Assembly: GCA_049903315.1 (NCBI GenBank)
Contig: JBNGBT010000006.1
Location: forward strand, 88,920-152,919
Source: Candidatus Cloacimonadota bacterium
GTDB taxonomy: Bacteria > Cloacimonadota > Cloacimonadia > JGIOTU-2
DNA: 64,000 nt
Direction: 5' to 3'
Below are positions 1 through 8,625 of this stretch, piece after piece (the first letter of the stretch is position 1; each line of letters begins with the position of its first letter). The notes under the pieces were generated by a model. That model had not been told where the DNA came from and searched no databases. It saw nothing but the letters and a program-made list of their open reading frames with translations. The translations under genes and the position numbers were made by a program.

Positions 1-276
1 ATCGTAATGTGCCTGAGTGTGGGTCTGTTTATATAATGAATATGCATCATTCATTTTTGTATGATAATGTATTGCGGTTCCAATAAGCAGCGATTCGGTG
101 AGAATATCAATTCCGGCTTTGACGTATTGCTTGTTGTATATCTGTCCTCCGCCGGGAATGACCGACCAAAGCAATGCTTTTGTGGAACTGCGTCCTGTGT
201 TAAAAGCTTTTTCTTCTGCATGAAGATTTATAGAAAAAATGGCAACTAACAATGCCAACAGCCAGATCTTTTTCAT
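1..276 (-). CDS. DUF5683-like secreted/membrane protein, N-terminal part (gene continues beyond window start)
   Basis: Minus-strand ATG at 274-276 overlaps the stop of the upstream gene (TAATG). Hand translation MKKIWLLALLVAIFSINLHAEEKAF...LLWSVIPGGGQIYNKQYVKAGIDIL gives a signal peptide plus the IPG-x-GQ-x-YN motif I associate with DUF5683. The frame is open to base 1. Track ORF 61..249 (+) is antisense to it. Confidence 0.45.
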   Translation of the reverse strand, partial: MKKIWLLALLVAIFSINLHAEEKAFNTGRSSTKALLWSVIPGGGQIYNKQYVKAGIDILTESLLIGTAIHYHTKMNDAYSLYKQTHTQAHYD

Positions 277-1193
277 TATTCCTCACTTTCTGCAATCTTG
301 ATGTGCGTCGGTCTCAGATGGAGGACAAATCCGCTCAAAGTGGGAATGAGAATATTGATCGCAAATAGAATCAGAGACGCACTCGCCGCTTGCCCGGGTT
401 CTATTAAAAGCTGTTTGAAAAAATATACCGAAGCAAGTTCGCGCAGTCCAAGTCCACTAAAAGTAATGGGGATCGCATTTACCAGCATTACTATTGAAAT
501 GAAAAAGAAGGAGCTGAATATATTTACTGGCTTGAATGCATTAAGGATAAGGTAAAATTGGAAAATATACACAAACACAAAAAGAAGGGAAATGAAGAAT
601 ATCTTCCCGGTGTGCACTTTCTTTAGGATTGCAGTAAATTTTTTGAAGTAGGGAAGATGCTGCGCAATATTTTTTGAGAAGAACATCAAAATCAGCACTA
701 TAATTGCTGCGATCAAATAATATAAACTCTCATGAAAACTCAGGGAAATGAATCCGAAGAGCATAAGAGAGCAAAATGCAAAAAATTTCTCATAAAATGC
801 AAGAACCACCATCTCATCTTTTTTGGAGTTCGTGATATGAAATGCTCTTCCTATTTCGCCAAGTCTTGCAGGAGTGAAAATGCTGTATGAAAAGCTGTAA
901 AGGATCGATGAAAGGATCTCTTTATTAGAAACTTTTTCTTTGCTCAAAGTGACGAGGAATTTCCATCGTATTGATTGCAGGAAGAGATTAAGGGGTAGGA
1001 GCAGCAATGCAAAGATGACCCAGAGCACATCTGCATTTTTCAAGGCAGAAAGTATCTGTTGTGGTTTTATGATATAGAAAAGAAATATCAGAAAAAGAAC
1101 GCTGATTATGATCTTAAAAATGAGGTGAGATTTCTTTTTTAGCATAGGAATAGAGCTCGCGGCTGAATATTTCTGATTTATTTTCGTTTTCAT
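276..1193 (-). CDS. Polytopic membrane protein, UPF0104 / lysyl-PG-synthase-TM-like (flippase-like) family
   Basis: 305-aa ORF with about 8 hydrophobic helices and an LQSIRWKFL-type motif after the early helices. Family call is from memory only. Confidence 0.45.
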   Translation of the reverse strand: MKTKINQKYSAASSIPMLKKKSHLIFKIIISVLFLIFLFYIIKPQQILSALKNADVLWVIFALLLLPLNLFLQSIRWKFLVTLSKEKVSNKEILSSILYSFSYSIFTPARLGEIGRAFHITNSKKDEMVVLAFYEKFFAFCSLMLFGFISLSFHESLYYLIAAIIVLILMFFSKNIAQHLPYFKKFTAILKKVHTGKIFFISLLFVFVYIFQFYLILNAFKPVNIFSSFFFISIVMLVNAIPITFSGLGLRELASVYFFKQLLIEPGQAASASLILFAINILIPTLSGFVLHLRPTHIKIAESEE

Positions 1194-1274
1194 TATTACA
1201 TTTTTTTATCAGTGTTTATCAGCATAAACTTGTCCGCCCACTAGCGGATCAGTGTTAATCTGTGATCCATTCTT

Positions 1275-2210
1275 CTATTCTTCAAGAAGACTACTCATAA
1301 GAAGCGGGAACATGATCTCGTGATGACCGACAAAATGGAAGCCCTTCCCGCCGCATGCGGTCGGACGGTGAACGATATTCGTCATGGGTCTATAATGCTT
1401 TATCATATCAAAAACTGCCGTGTAGAAATTGTTTACTTCGTAGCCAAGATTGCGAACAATAGTTAAAGCCTTCAGAAATACTTCCGGCAACACAACTGCG
1501 GAGCCAAACGAGAGAAGCACACCGCCTTCATTGAGGTCTTTGATAATATTCGTAAATATCTTGAAGTCCTTGTAACTGGCACCACCGAGTGCAGCGCCAT
1601 CTGCCTGCGGATGCTGATGAATGATGTCCGTACCGATCGCTGCATGCACGGTGATGGGGACATCGTATTCATATGCTTTTGCAAATACACTGTAGTCCCA
1701 GTAAGGAGGTTGTTCCTCAAAGATGAATTTGCCAAGTGCTTCGCCATAGCCAAGGTCATTTTCAAAGCCCTCGGAAATGACTTCATTGATGATCCTTCCG
1801 GTTTCAGCTCCCATGCCGAAGCTGCCGTCCTCGAGTGCAGTTTCGACATCTTCGGATGTTTTGCCGAAAAAGGCGATCTCGAAATCATGGATGCCGACCG
1901 AACCATTCACTGCAATTGCAGAAATAACTTCCTGTTCGATCGCTCGGTTCACAAGTGGAGAAAGCCCGCATTTGATAAGATGTCCGCCGAACATAAGAAT
2001 GATTGGTTTCTGATCGATGATGGCACCTTTTGCATGACGGATCAATTCTTTTAAATCCTTTGCTGTGAGTATATTGGGCAGACTTTTCACAAATTCATTT
2101 GTATTCACGAATTCATCTGATACGAAATCTTTTACATGCACCTTGCTTGGGCGGTCTTCGACAGAATATGTGTTAACGTCGCTTAAATCGATTTCTTCAT
2201 ATTTTGACAT
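1275..2210 (-). CDS. Deoxyhypusine-synthase-like family protein (tentative)
   Basis: 311-aa ORF. Motifs GGHLIKCGLSPL, AVNGSVGIHDFEIAFFGKTSEDV and VHAAIGTDIIHQHP resemble bacterial DS-family homologues. Not verified. Confidence 0.4.
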   Translation of the reverse strand: MSKYEEIDLSDVNTYSVEDRPSKVHVKDFVSDEFVNTNEFVKSLPNILTAKDLKELIRHAKGAIIDQKPIILMFGGHLIKCGLSPLVNRAIEQEVISAIAVNGSVGIHDFEIAFFGKTSEDVETALEDGSFGMGAETGRIINEVISEGFENDLGYGEALGKFIFEEQPPYWDYSVFAKAYEYDVPITVHAAIGTDIIHQHPQADGAALGGASYKDFKIFTNIIKDLNEGGVLLSFGSAVVLPEVFLKALTIVRNLGYEVNNFYTAVFDMIKHYRPMTNIVHRPTACGGKGFHFVGHHEIMFPLLMSSLLEE

Positions 2211-2261
2211 ATTATTCTTCTTCGGGGCTGGAGCCCCTGTTCTATTTTATCCTGAGTCTAT

Positions 2262-2945
2262 TTATACTAATTTTTCGCGTATCCAATAATGCAGAGGGGT
2301 CATAGCTTTGTAAATATTATAACACCACGTAATGAAATCGGATGAGAAGAGTGCTTCAGGTGGAGGGCATTCGTGCCAGGTGTATATCCCTTTAAATTTG
2401 AGGAGTTCGGCATATTTGTAATCTTTATCATAACCACGCGGAACGTTTCTCGACCCATCTCCACCAGCCCCGTATCCTGCCTTTTTAATTTCTTGGAAGA
2501 CCTTGAGAAGTCTCTCTGCTTCTCTTGGTTTTGAAACGATCTCGCGATAGTTCTCAAGAATGTCTTTGGGAAATATGTACAGTCCCAGACCAATGAACAC
2601 TTTTTGTGAGTCGATATGCAGGTAGTAGCCGGAATTGTCATTTTTCTTTCTGGGACCATCCCAGAAAAAGAATGCAAGATGGGTTTTATAAGGTGTCTTG
2701 TCCTTGCTGAATCGGATGTCGCGATGAATGCGGAAGATCGTTTTATCTACTTTCGGAATTGCATGAACATCCGGTGAGAGTTCGCGGAGTTTATCTCCCA
2801 TTTCCATCACAAAATGCTGTGCAGGGGTAAGCACAAAAGTCTCATATTCAGCTCTGTGCTTCTCAAACCAGTCGCGAGAATTATGAGCGGCAAGCTGTCC
2901 ATAAAATGTGAGTAATTTTTTATCGAATCCTTTGAAAATATCCAT
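2262..2945 (-). CDS. DUF2461 (TIGR02453) family protein
   Basis: FYGQLAAHNSRDWFEKHRAEYE and FRIHRDIRFSKDKTPYKTH motifs are characteristic of this family. Confidence 0.75.
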   Translation of the reverse strand: MDIFKGFDKKLLTFYGQLAAHNSRDWFEKHRAEYETFVLTPAQHFVMEMGDKLRELSPDVHAIPKVDKTIFRIHRDIRFSKDKTPYKTHLAFFFWDGPRKKNDNSGYYLHIDSQKVFIGLGLYIFPKDILENYREIVSKPREAERLLKVFQEIKKAGYGAGGDGSRNVPRGYDKDYKYAELLKFKGIYTWHECPPPEALFSSDFITWCYNIYKAMTPLHYWIREKLV

Positions 2946-2947
2946 AC

Positions 2948-3370
2948 TTATAATTGAACATTCTCTGATGTTTGTTCGCCCGGACGCATGTATTCAAACA
3001 TATCAACATGAAGTTGGAGTAAGATATAACTTGGATCTTCCGGGTCCTGCCAGTAATGACTGATGTAAGAGAAATCATCGATGAATTTCTTGCGGATTTT
3101 AATGTCTTCAACGAACTCGACCTGTCCCGAACCACGAATGGAGCCATTCTCAACACCTTTTTCAACCAGATAACAGAATTCGAAATGAGGATTCTCTCTC
3201 AGTTGAGGAGTTTTTGCATCATTTTCACCAGTGGCAACCCAGAATTTGTTATCGACAAATAGCAACAGCATGGGCCGCACATAAGGGCGTTCCTTGTCGC
3301 ACGTTGCAAAGAAAACTGTCTGCATTTCTTTGAAATAGGAGAGTATTTCTTCTTTAATATTTTCTACCAT
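2948..3370 (-). CDS. Pyridoxamine 5'-phosphate oxidase-like FMN-binding protein (general stress protein 26-like)
   Basis: The track ORF 2948..3391 begins at a TTG. The ATG at 3368-3370 (MVENIKEE) has GGAG about 8 nt upstream and is preferred. FFATCDKERPYVRPM split-barrel pattern. Confidence 0.65.
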   Translation of the reverse strand: MVENIKEEILSYFKEMQTVFFATCDKERPYVRPMLLLFVDNKFWVATGENDAKTPQLRENPHFEFCYLVEKGVENGSIRGSGQVEFVEDIKIRKKFIDDFSYISHYWQDPEDPSYILLQLHVDMFEYMRPGEQTSENVQL

Positions 3371-3385
3371 ATTCTTATCTCCATC

Positions 3386-3436
3386 AAACAAGATCGGAAT
3401 CTTGTTTTACTTGTAGCTCAACATTCCGATGTTGAG
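3386..3436. repeat. Pair of short palindromic hairpin repeats (9-bp stem/CGGA loop and 8-bp stem/TCCG loop)
   Basis: aaacaagat-cgga-atcttgttt (3386-3407) and ctcaacat-tccg-atgttgag (3417-3436). Related copies are at 3499-3520 and 41244-41294. Confidence 0.7.
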
Positions 3437-3490
3437 TAATAGGAATAATTCCTTTGAAAATTGAGTTATGTTTATTCATGAGTGATTCTT

Positions 3491-4057
3491 TCATTTTGAA
3501 ACAAGATTGGAATCTTGTTTTACTTTATTTGGATGATAATACCGATCTCTTTCGCTGTAGATGCATCCGCAATATTGCTGACGGTACATCCCTTCAGTTT
3601 TAGATCGTTCGATGCCCTCTTTCCAGAATTCGCGAAGATCTTTATAAAGGAATTTCACCCCATATTCTTTTGCAAGGGTTTCTGCGATGTCTTTCATTAA
3701 TTCGTGATCCTGAAATTTGCTGTAAAACAAAGTTGATGTAAAATAATCGAATTTGCCCTTTCGAGCATATTTAGCTGTCTGTTCCAATCTATCCTGGTAA
3801 CATATCCTGCAGCGTTCATGTTCTCTAAACACAACATTTCGAAGCCACTTTTCAAGGGGATATTCTCTGTTAAAGATCATTGGAAGGTCGTAATTTTTCT
3901 CAAACGTCTCAACTTCTTCCAATCTCTTTTGATACTCCTGGTAGGGTTGGATATTCGGATTATACCAGAATCCCGTGATGTCGAATTCATCCTTAAGATG
4001 TTCGTATGGTGCGATAAAGCACGGCGCACAACAAATATGAAAAAGCAACTTTTTCAT
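3491..4057 (-). CDS. queH: Epoxyqueuosine reductase QueH (DUF208)
   Basis: N-terminal LLFHICCAPC cysteine cluster and C-terminal YCGCIYS motif. 188 aa. Confidence 0.8.
   Translation of the reverse strand: MKKLLFHICCAPCFIAPYEHLKDEFDITGFWYNPNIQPYQEYQKRLEEVETFEKNYDLPMIFNREYPLEKWLRNVVFREHERCRICYQDRLEQTAKYARKGKFDYFTSTLFYSKFQDHELMKDIAETLAKEYGVKFLYKDLREFWKEGIERSKTEGMYRQQYCGCIYSERDRYYHPNKVKQDSNLVSK
3499..3520. repeat. Third copy of the hairpin repeat (loop TGGA), embedded in the 3' end of queH
   Basis: aaacaagat-tgga-atcttgttt. On the minus strand it encodes the last codons of the QueH ORF (..KQDSNLVSK). Confidence 0.65.
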
Positions 4058-4133
4058 TAATTTCTAAATCCTAATATCTAATTCCTAATGAAAATCCAAA
4101 GTTCAAATTCCAAATCATTTGTTTTTTCGTGAT

Positions 4134-4220
4134 TTAATAATAATTGAAGAGAAGATCAAATTCAATAGTGTCTTCACCAAATCTTGTAGTTCTTTCATCA
4201 AGATCGAATTTTTTATTCAT
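4134..4220 (-). pseudogene. 28-codon remnant resembling the N-terminus of a four-helix-bundle (23S rRNA IVS-type) protein
   Basis: Hand translation MNKKFDLDERTTRFGEDTIEFDLLFNYY* matches the (Y/F)DLEER-x-x-x-F-x-x-x-I-I start of that family. It lies in a 215-bp AT-rich spacer full of short direct repeats (ttgacatt..., aaattccaaat...). Confidence 0.3.
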
Positions 4221-4272
4221 TTGACATTAGTCATTTTATTAGAAATTAGAAATTTGACATTCGACATTGTTC

Positions 4273-5421
4273 TTACTTGTATTGCTTGAGGAGATGTGAT
4301 GCGATGACCATTCTCTGTATCTGGTTCGTGCCTTCGTATATCTGAGTGATCTTGGCGTCACGCATCATTTTTTCAACCGGGTATTCTTTCATGTAGCCAT
4401 ACCCGCCAAGTACCTGCACTGCATCAGTAGTCACTTCCATTGCTATGTCCGATGCAAAGGTTTTGCACATTGCGGATTCCATGCTGAATTTCTTTTCGCC
4501 GGAATCGATCATTCGGGCTGTGGCATAGATCAGCGCACGTGCAGCTTCGACCTTGATTGCCATGTCTGCGAGCATAAATTGGACTGCCTGAAAAGACGAG
4601 ATCGGATTACCGAATTGGTGGCGTTCATGAGAATATTTTACTGCTTCTTCCATGGCGCCTTGAGCAATACCAAGCGCTTGTGAGGCAACCATGGGGCGTG
4701 ATTTATCGAGGGTTTTCATGGCGATCATGAAGCCCATGCCTTCTCTGCCGATAAGATTTTCTGCCGGGACTTTCACATCTTCAAATATGAGTTCTCTTGT
4801 ACAGGATGCACGAATACCCATTTTCTTTTCTTTTTTCCCGAAACTGAATCCATCTGTTCCTTTCTCCACAATAAAAGCGGAAGCGCCGCGAGCGCCTTTG
4901 GATTTGTCGGTCAAGGCAAATACTGTGTAAATATCCGCTTCTCCGCCGTTGGTTATCCATTGCTTTGTGCCGTTCAATATATAATGATCTCCGTCTTTCA
5001 CTGCAGTGGTTTTGACACCGCCTGCATCGGAACCGGCATTTGCTTCTGTCAATGCAAAAGCTGCCAACTTTGCTCCGTCTGCGATTGAGGGGAGATATTT
5101 TTGTTTTTGTTCTTCGTTGCCGCTGAGAAGGATCGGGTACATGCCGAGACCTGTTCCTCCGAGTGCGAGGGCAATGCCGCTATCCACACGGCTCAGTTCT
5201 TCCATCATGACCACAAGATCCATGACCTTGCCGCCGAGTCCTTCATACTCCTCTGGCAGCATAACCCGGAAGAGATCGGTTTGTGCCATATGCTTGACTA
5301 TATCCCAGGGGAAGATTCCCTCTTCATCATATTTTTCTCGTACTGGTTTCATCTTTTCTTCAGCAAGTTGACGGGCAAGTGCCTTTATTTCCTGCTGTTC
5401 TTCGGTTAAGAAGTATTCCAT
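4273..5421 (-). CDS. Acyl-CoA dehydrogenase (short-chain/butyryl-CoA type)
   Basis: 382 aa with LTEANAGSD and GGYGYMKEYPVEKMMRDAKITQIYEGTNQIQR motifs. Confidence 0.9.
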   Translation of the reverse strand: MEYFLTEEQQEIKALARQLAEEKMKPVREKYDEEGIFPWDIVKHMAQTDLFRVMLPEEYEGLGGKVMDLVVMMEELSRVDSGIALALGGTGLGMYPILLSGNEEQKQKYLPSIADGAKLAAFALTEANAGSDAGGVKTTAVKDGDHYILNGTKQWITNGGEADIYTVFALTDKSKGARGASAFIVEKGTDGFSFGKKEKKMGIRASCTRELIFEDVKVPAENLIGREGMGFMIAMKTLDKSRPMVASQALGIAQGAMEEAVKYSHERHQFGNPISSFQAVQFMLADMAIKVEAARALIYATARMIDSGEKKFSMESAMCKTFASDIAMEVTTDAVQVLGGYGYMKEYPVEKMMRDAKITQIYEGTNQIQRMVIASHLLKQYK

Positions 5422-5585
5422 AGAACCTCCGGAATTTTGGATTTTTACCTAAATGAAATCGGCGTTAAAATAGTCAAGTTATACGGTTTGGAGTAGTTGT
5501 GAGATAAAAAAATCAATACTAACCACAGAGAACACAGGGAGGAGAAAATTTCAAACTAATTCTAGGTGCTCTATTAATGAAGGAT

Positions 5586-6995
5586 TTATTTTATCAGCAT
5601 CAACTTTTTGATTGTATAAGTATTTTCTGTAGCGAATTTACAGAAGTACATACCCGAGGATAAGCCTTCCGCATCCCACTTTGCTGAGGAGTGGTCATTG
5701 TTTATTGATAATTCTTCTATCTTTTGCCCTTTAATATTGTAAATCTCGATCGTAGCTTCTCGAATGTTGTATGGTAATGAATAGCTGATAACTGTCGATG
5801 TGCTGAAAGGATTTGGAGAATTGTTCAATCTGATTGTCGTATGTTCATCTTCATCAATTGCATTTGGATCTTTCACATAAATATAATTCTCTCGCAAGAA
5901 TTCATCTGATCCATCCGTGTTATAAACAGTAAGTTTCACAGAATAATATCCCGTATCCTGATATGTATATTCCGGTTCTTCTTCATAAGAATCTATAACT
6001 CCATCATTATCAAAATCCCACTCATAATTTTGAATACTTCCGATAGAATAATTGCAAAATTGAGCATTAAGTGGAGGAGTTCCTTCATTAGTAGTTGTCG
6101 AGAAATTAGCTAATAAAGGCTCTTCTCCTTTAGAAAAGGGATGAAAAACCTCAAAAGTAATACCATAATCTATACTATAAAAGATGTATGTATGCATATT
6201 TTCTCCCATCATATTAATAAAGGTTAACATCATATAACATTCACCTTCTTGTCTTCCTCCAACTAAACCAAAACTATCAAAATCAAAAAAATTAAATTCA
6301 TTTTTCTTTAACCATGTATAACAATAATCAGTAGAATAAAAAAGATTAAAATATGAATCAATGATAAAAGTTTCACCTTCTAGAACACCCCTACTAATGC
6401 CAAAACCGTTTGCCTGATTATAATTTAGTACTTTATGTATGCTAAGATTTTCAAATTTATCATAAGTGATTAAAAGATAAATTGAATCTGGAATACTTGT
6501 TACATTTACAGTAGCATACCCCATACCATCTTTATTGTCAATTTCGACTCCTTTTAGGTTTCCAAAAAATCCATTATAAGTATGTTGAATAAAATTAATT
6601 CCATAATTTTCACTATGCGAAACAATTGCATTATATATTTCACCCTCAATCACTCCACTATTGCAGCCTATATAAATCCCGCTGCTTCTAAAGATCCAGC
6701 TTCCATATTGCCCATAATTATTAGAATAAAATAAGTTTTCGGGCATTGCAAAGTAATAAAGGACCCCTTGTTTTTTATCCGCACAAATACTCATCGCATT
6801 TACTGTGCTGTCCATACACACCGCAGTATTGCCAAAATCGGTAGAGTGATAAATACCTTCGCCGGTCATGGTTGGTCCTACGAAATATATCTCTCCTATG
6901 TCGGGTCCTCGGGTAATGTGGTAGTCTGCAAAGGCAAGAGAAGTGGTAATACACACTAATAATATAAAAAACAGAATAATATTTTTCATTTTCAT
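5586..6995 (-). CDS. Secreted protein with PKD-like module and T9SS type A C-terminal sorting domain
   Basis: Signal peptide. YEWDFDNDGVIDS...YTYQDTGYYSVKLTVYN (PKD). C-terminal NSPNPFSTSTVISYSLP...IEIYNIKGQKIE...SGMYFCKF...KKLMLIK. Confidence 0.75.
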   Translation of the reverse strand: MKMKNIILFFILLVCITTSLAFADYHITRGPDIGEIYFVGPTMTGEGIYHSTDFGNTAVCMDSTVNAMSICADKKQGVLYYFAMPENLFYSNNYGQYGSWIFRSSGIYIGCNSGVIEGEIYNAIVSHSENYGINFIQHTYNGFFGNLKGVEIDNKDGMGYATVNVTSIPDSIYLLITYDKFENLSIHKVLNYNQANGFGISRGVLEGETFIIDSYFNLFYSTDYCYTWLKKNEFNFFDFDSFGLVGGRQEGECYMMLTFINMMGENMHTYIFYSIDYGITFEVFHPFSKGEEPLLANFSTTTNEGTPPLNAQFCNYSIGSIQNYEWDFDNDGVIDSYEEEPEYTYQDTGYYSVKLTVYNTDGSDEFLRENYIYVKDPNAIDEDEHTTIRLNNSPNPFSTSTVISYSLPYNIREATIEIYNIKGQKIEELSINNDHSSAKWDAEGLSSGMYFCKFATENTYTIKKLMLIK

Positions 6996-7188
6996 AAACT
7001 CCTATTATAGACTTCTGAAAATACAATTTGCTTTGTCAAATTTTATATATCTTTCATTCTGTTTTGAGAAAAAGTAATTTTAAAACGAAAATCCCCCAAA
7101 ATTATTGTTTTTATTGACATCTAAATTTTTAAGAATCAGCTTTTTGAGTAAATGAATCGAGAATAGAAAAAATTCAAGGAGAAACAAT

Positions 7189-8625
7189 ATGGATAAAAGC
7201 TCTCACAAATTAGGTTTATTTAAACTCATTATGATAACGCTTGCGTTCATTATGAGTATTAGAAATCTTCCAATGCTTGCAGAAACGGGCTGGGCGCAGA
7301 TCTTTTATATGGTGGTGGCAGCGCTCATTTTCCTTATACCGACTGCACTCATTTCTGCCGAGCTTGCAACCGGGTGGCCCTCTGCGGGCGGTGTGTATAA
7401 ATGGATCAAGCTTGCTTTTGGTGACAGGGCTGCGTTCATCGGCTCGTGGATGCTCTGGGTGCAGATGTTTTTCGGCATGGTCATGATCGGGTCATTCATT
7501 GCAGCGATGCTCGCCTTTGTTTTTAAACCTGCACTGGCGAACAATAATATTTATATTGCAGTGGTCACGATTGTAATTTATTGGATCGCAACACTACTCA
7601 ACCTGAAAGGATTGAAATCCGGCAGTTTGATAAGTTCGGTCGGCTTTCTTGTCGGTGTGCTCATTCCATTCATTCTTATACTTGGATTCGGATTAAACTA
7701 TTTTCTCGGCAGTAATCCGATCCAGCTTCCAAAATTTTCCTGGGCGCAGGCATTTCCAAATTTTTCAAGTATAAGGAACCTTGCCTTCTTTGTGGGAATA
7801 ATATTTCTCTATTCGGGAATGGAGGTGTCATCTGTTCATGCAAATGAAGTGAATAATCCACAAAAGAATTATCCCCTTGCAATGCTTATCGCAGCGATTC
7901 TTATCATGGCAATGAACATATTCGGCGCTTTGGCAATTGAGATTGCTGTTCCAAAAGATTCAATAAATCTAGCAGGTGGTGTAATGCAAACTTTTACTGT
8001 TTTTTTTAATCAACATAATGTGAGCTGGCTCATTCCAATTGTTGCATTCATGGCTGCGATCGGTGCGTTCGGACAGCTCAGCACGTGGGTGCTTGGACCG
8101 TCCACCGCAATGCTGCAGGTTGCCAAAAACGGCTTTATGCCAAGATGGTGGCAGAAGACGAACAGCTCAGGTGTGCCGATCCGTTTCGTGCTTGTACAGG
8201 CAACGATGATCTCACTGGTCGCACTGATCTATGTGGTTGTTCCCGCGGTAAATACCGGCTTTTTCATGGTGCTGATCCTCACGACTGTGCTTTATGCAGT
8301 AATGTATCTACTGCTCTTTGCATCGGGCATCAAACTGAGATACAAATATCCTGATGTGAAACGTACGTATAGAGTTCCTGGCGGAAACATCGGTATGTGG
8401 ATTGTTGGCGGACTGGGATTTCTTGCAATGCTCTTTGTAATTCTCATCAGTTTCTTCCCGCCCTCGAATCTTAAAATTGGAAGCCCGACTTTTTATGTGC
8501 TTTTCATGGTACTCGGACTGCTCATATTCGTATCCCTGCCAATCATAATCTATGCACGCAGAAAGCCGGAATGGAAAGAAATAACACAAGATAATAATGA
8601 AAAAAAAGGAGAATCAAATGGATAA
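7189..8625 (+). CDS. APC-family amino acid/amine antiporter (GadC/TyrP-like)
   Basis: 478 aa with about 12 TM helices and typical APC N-terminal pattern. The stop overlaps the start of the decarboxylase gene. Confidence 0.8.
   Translation: MDKSSHKLGLFKLIMITLAFIMSIRNLPMLAETGWAQIFYMVVAALIFLIPTALISAELATGWPSAGGVYKWIKLAFGDRAAFIGSWMLWVQMFFGMVMIGSFIAAMLAFVFKPALANNNIYIAVVTIVIYWIATLLNLKGLKSGSLISSVGFLVGVLIPFILILGFGLNYFLGSNPIQLPKFSWAQAFPNFSSIRNLAFFVGIIFLYSGMEVSSVHANEVNNPQKNYPLAMLIAAILIMAMNIFGALAIEIAVPKDSINLAGGVMQTFTVFFNQHNVSWLIPIVAFMAAIGAFGQLSTWVLGPSTAMLQVAKNGFMPRWWQKTNSSGVPIRFVLVQATMISLVALIYVVVPAVNTGFFMVLILTTVLYAVMYLLLFASGIKLRYKYPDVKRTYRVPGGNIGMWIVGGLGFLAMLFVILISFFPPSNLKIGSPTFYVLFMVLGLLIFVSLPIIIYARRKPEWKEITQDNNEKKGESNG

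Noticed and set aside
61-249. Track ORF (+) of 62 aa at the window start
   Set aside because: It lies antisense to a better-supported minus-strand gene with a signal peptide and DUF5683-like motif. It has no recognisable motif or RBS.
8597-8617. Upstream ATG start for the decarboxylase; likewise the upstream TTG/ATG starts at 43637, 47574, 49474, 53157, 32482 and 30634
   Set aside because: In each case a downstream in-frame start is preceded by a clear Shine-Dalgarno sequence and begins a sensible signal peptide or domain. The upstream extension overlaps the previous gene or adds non-conserved-looking residues.
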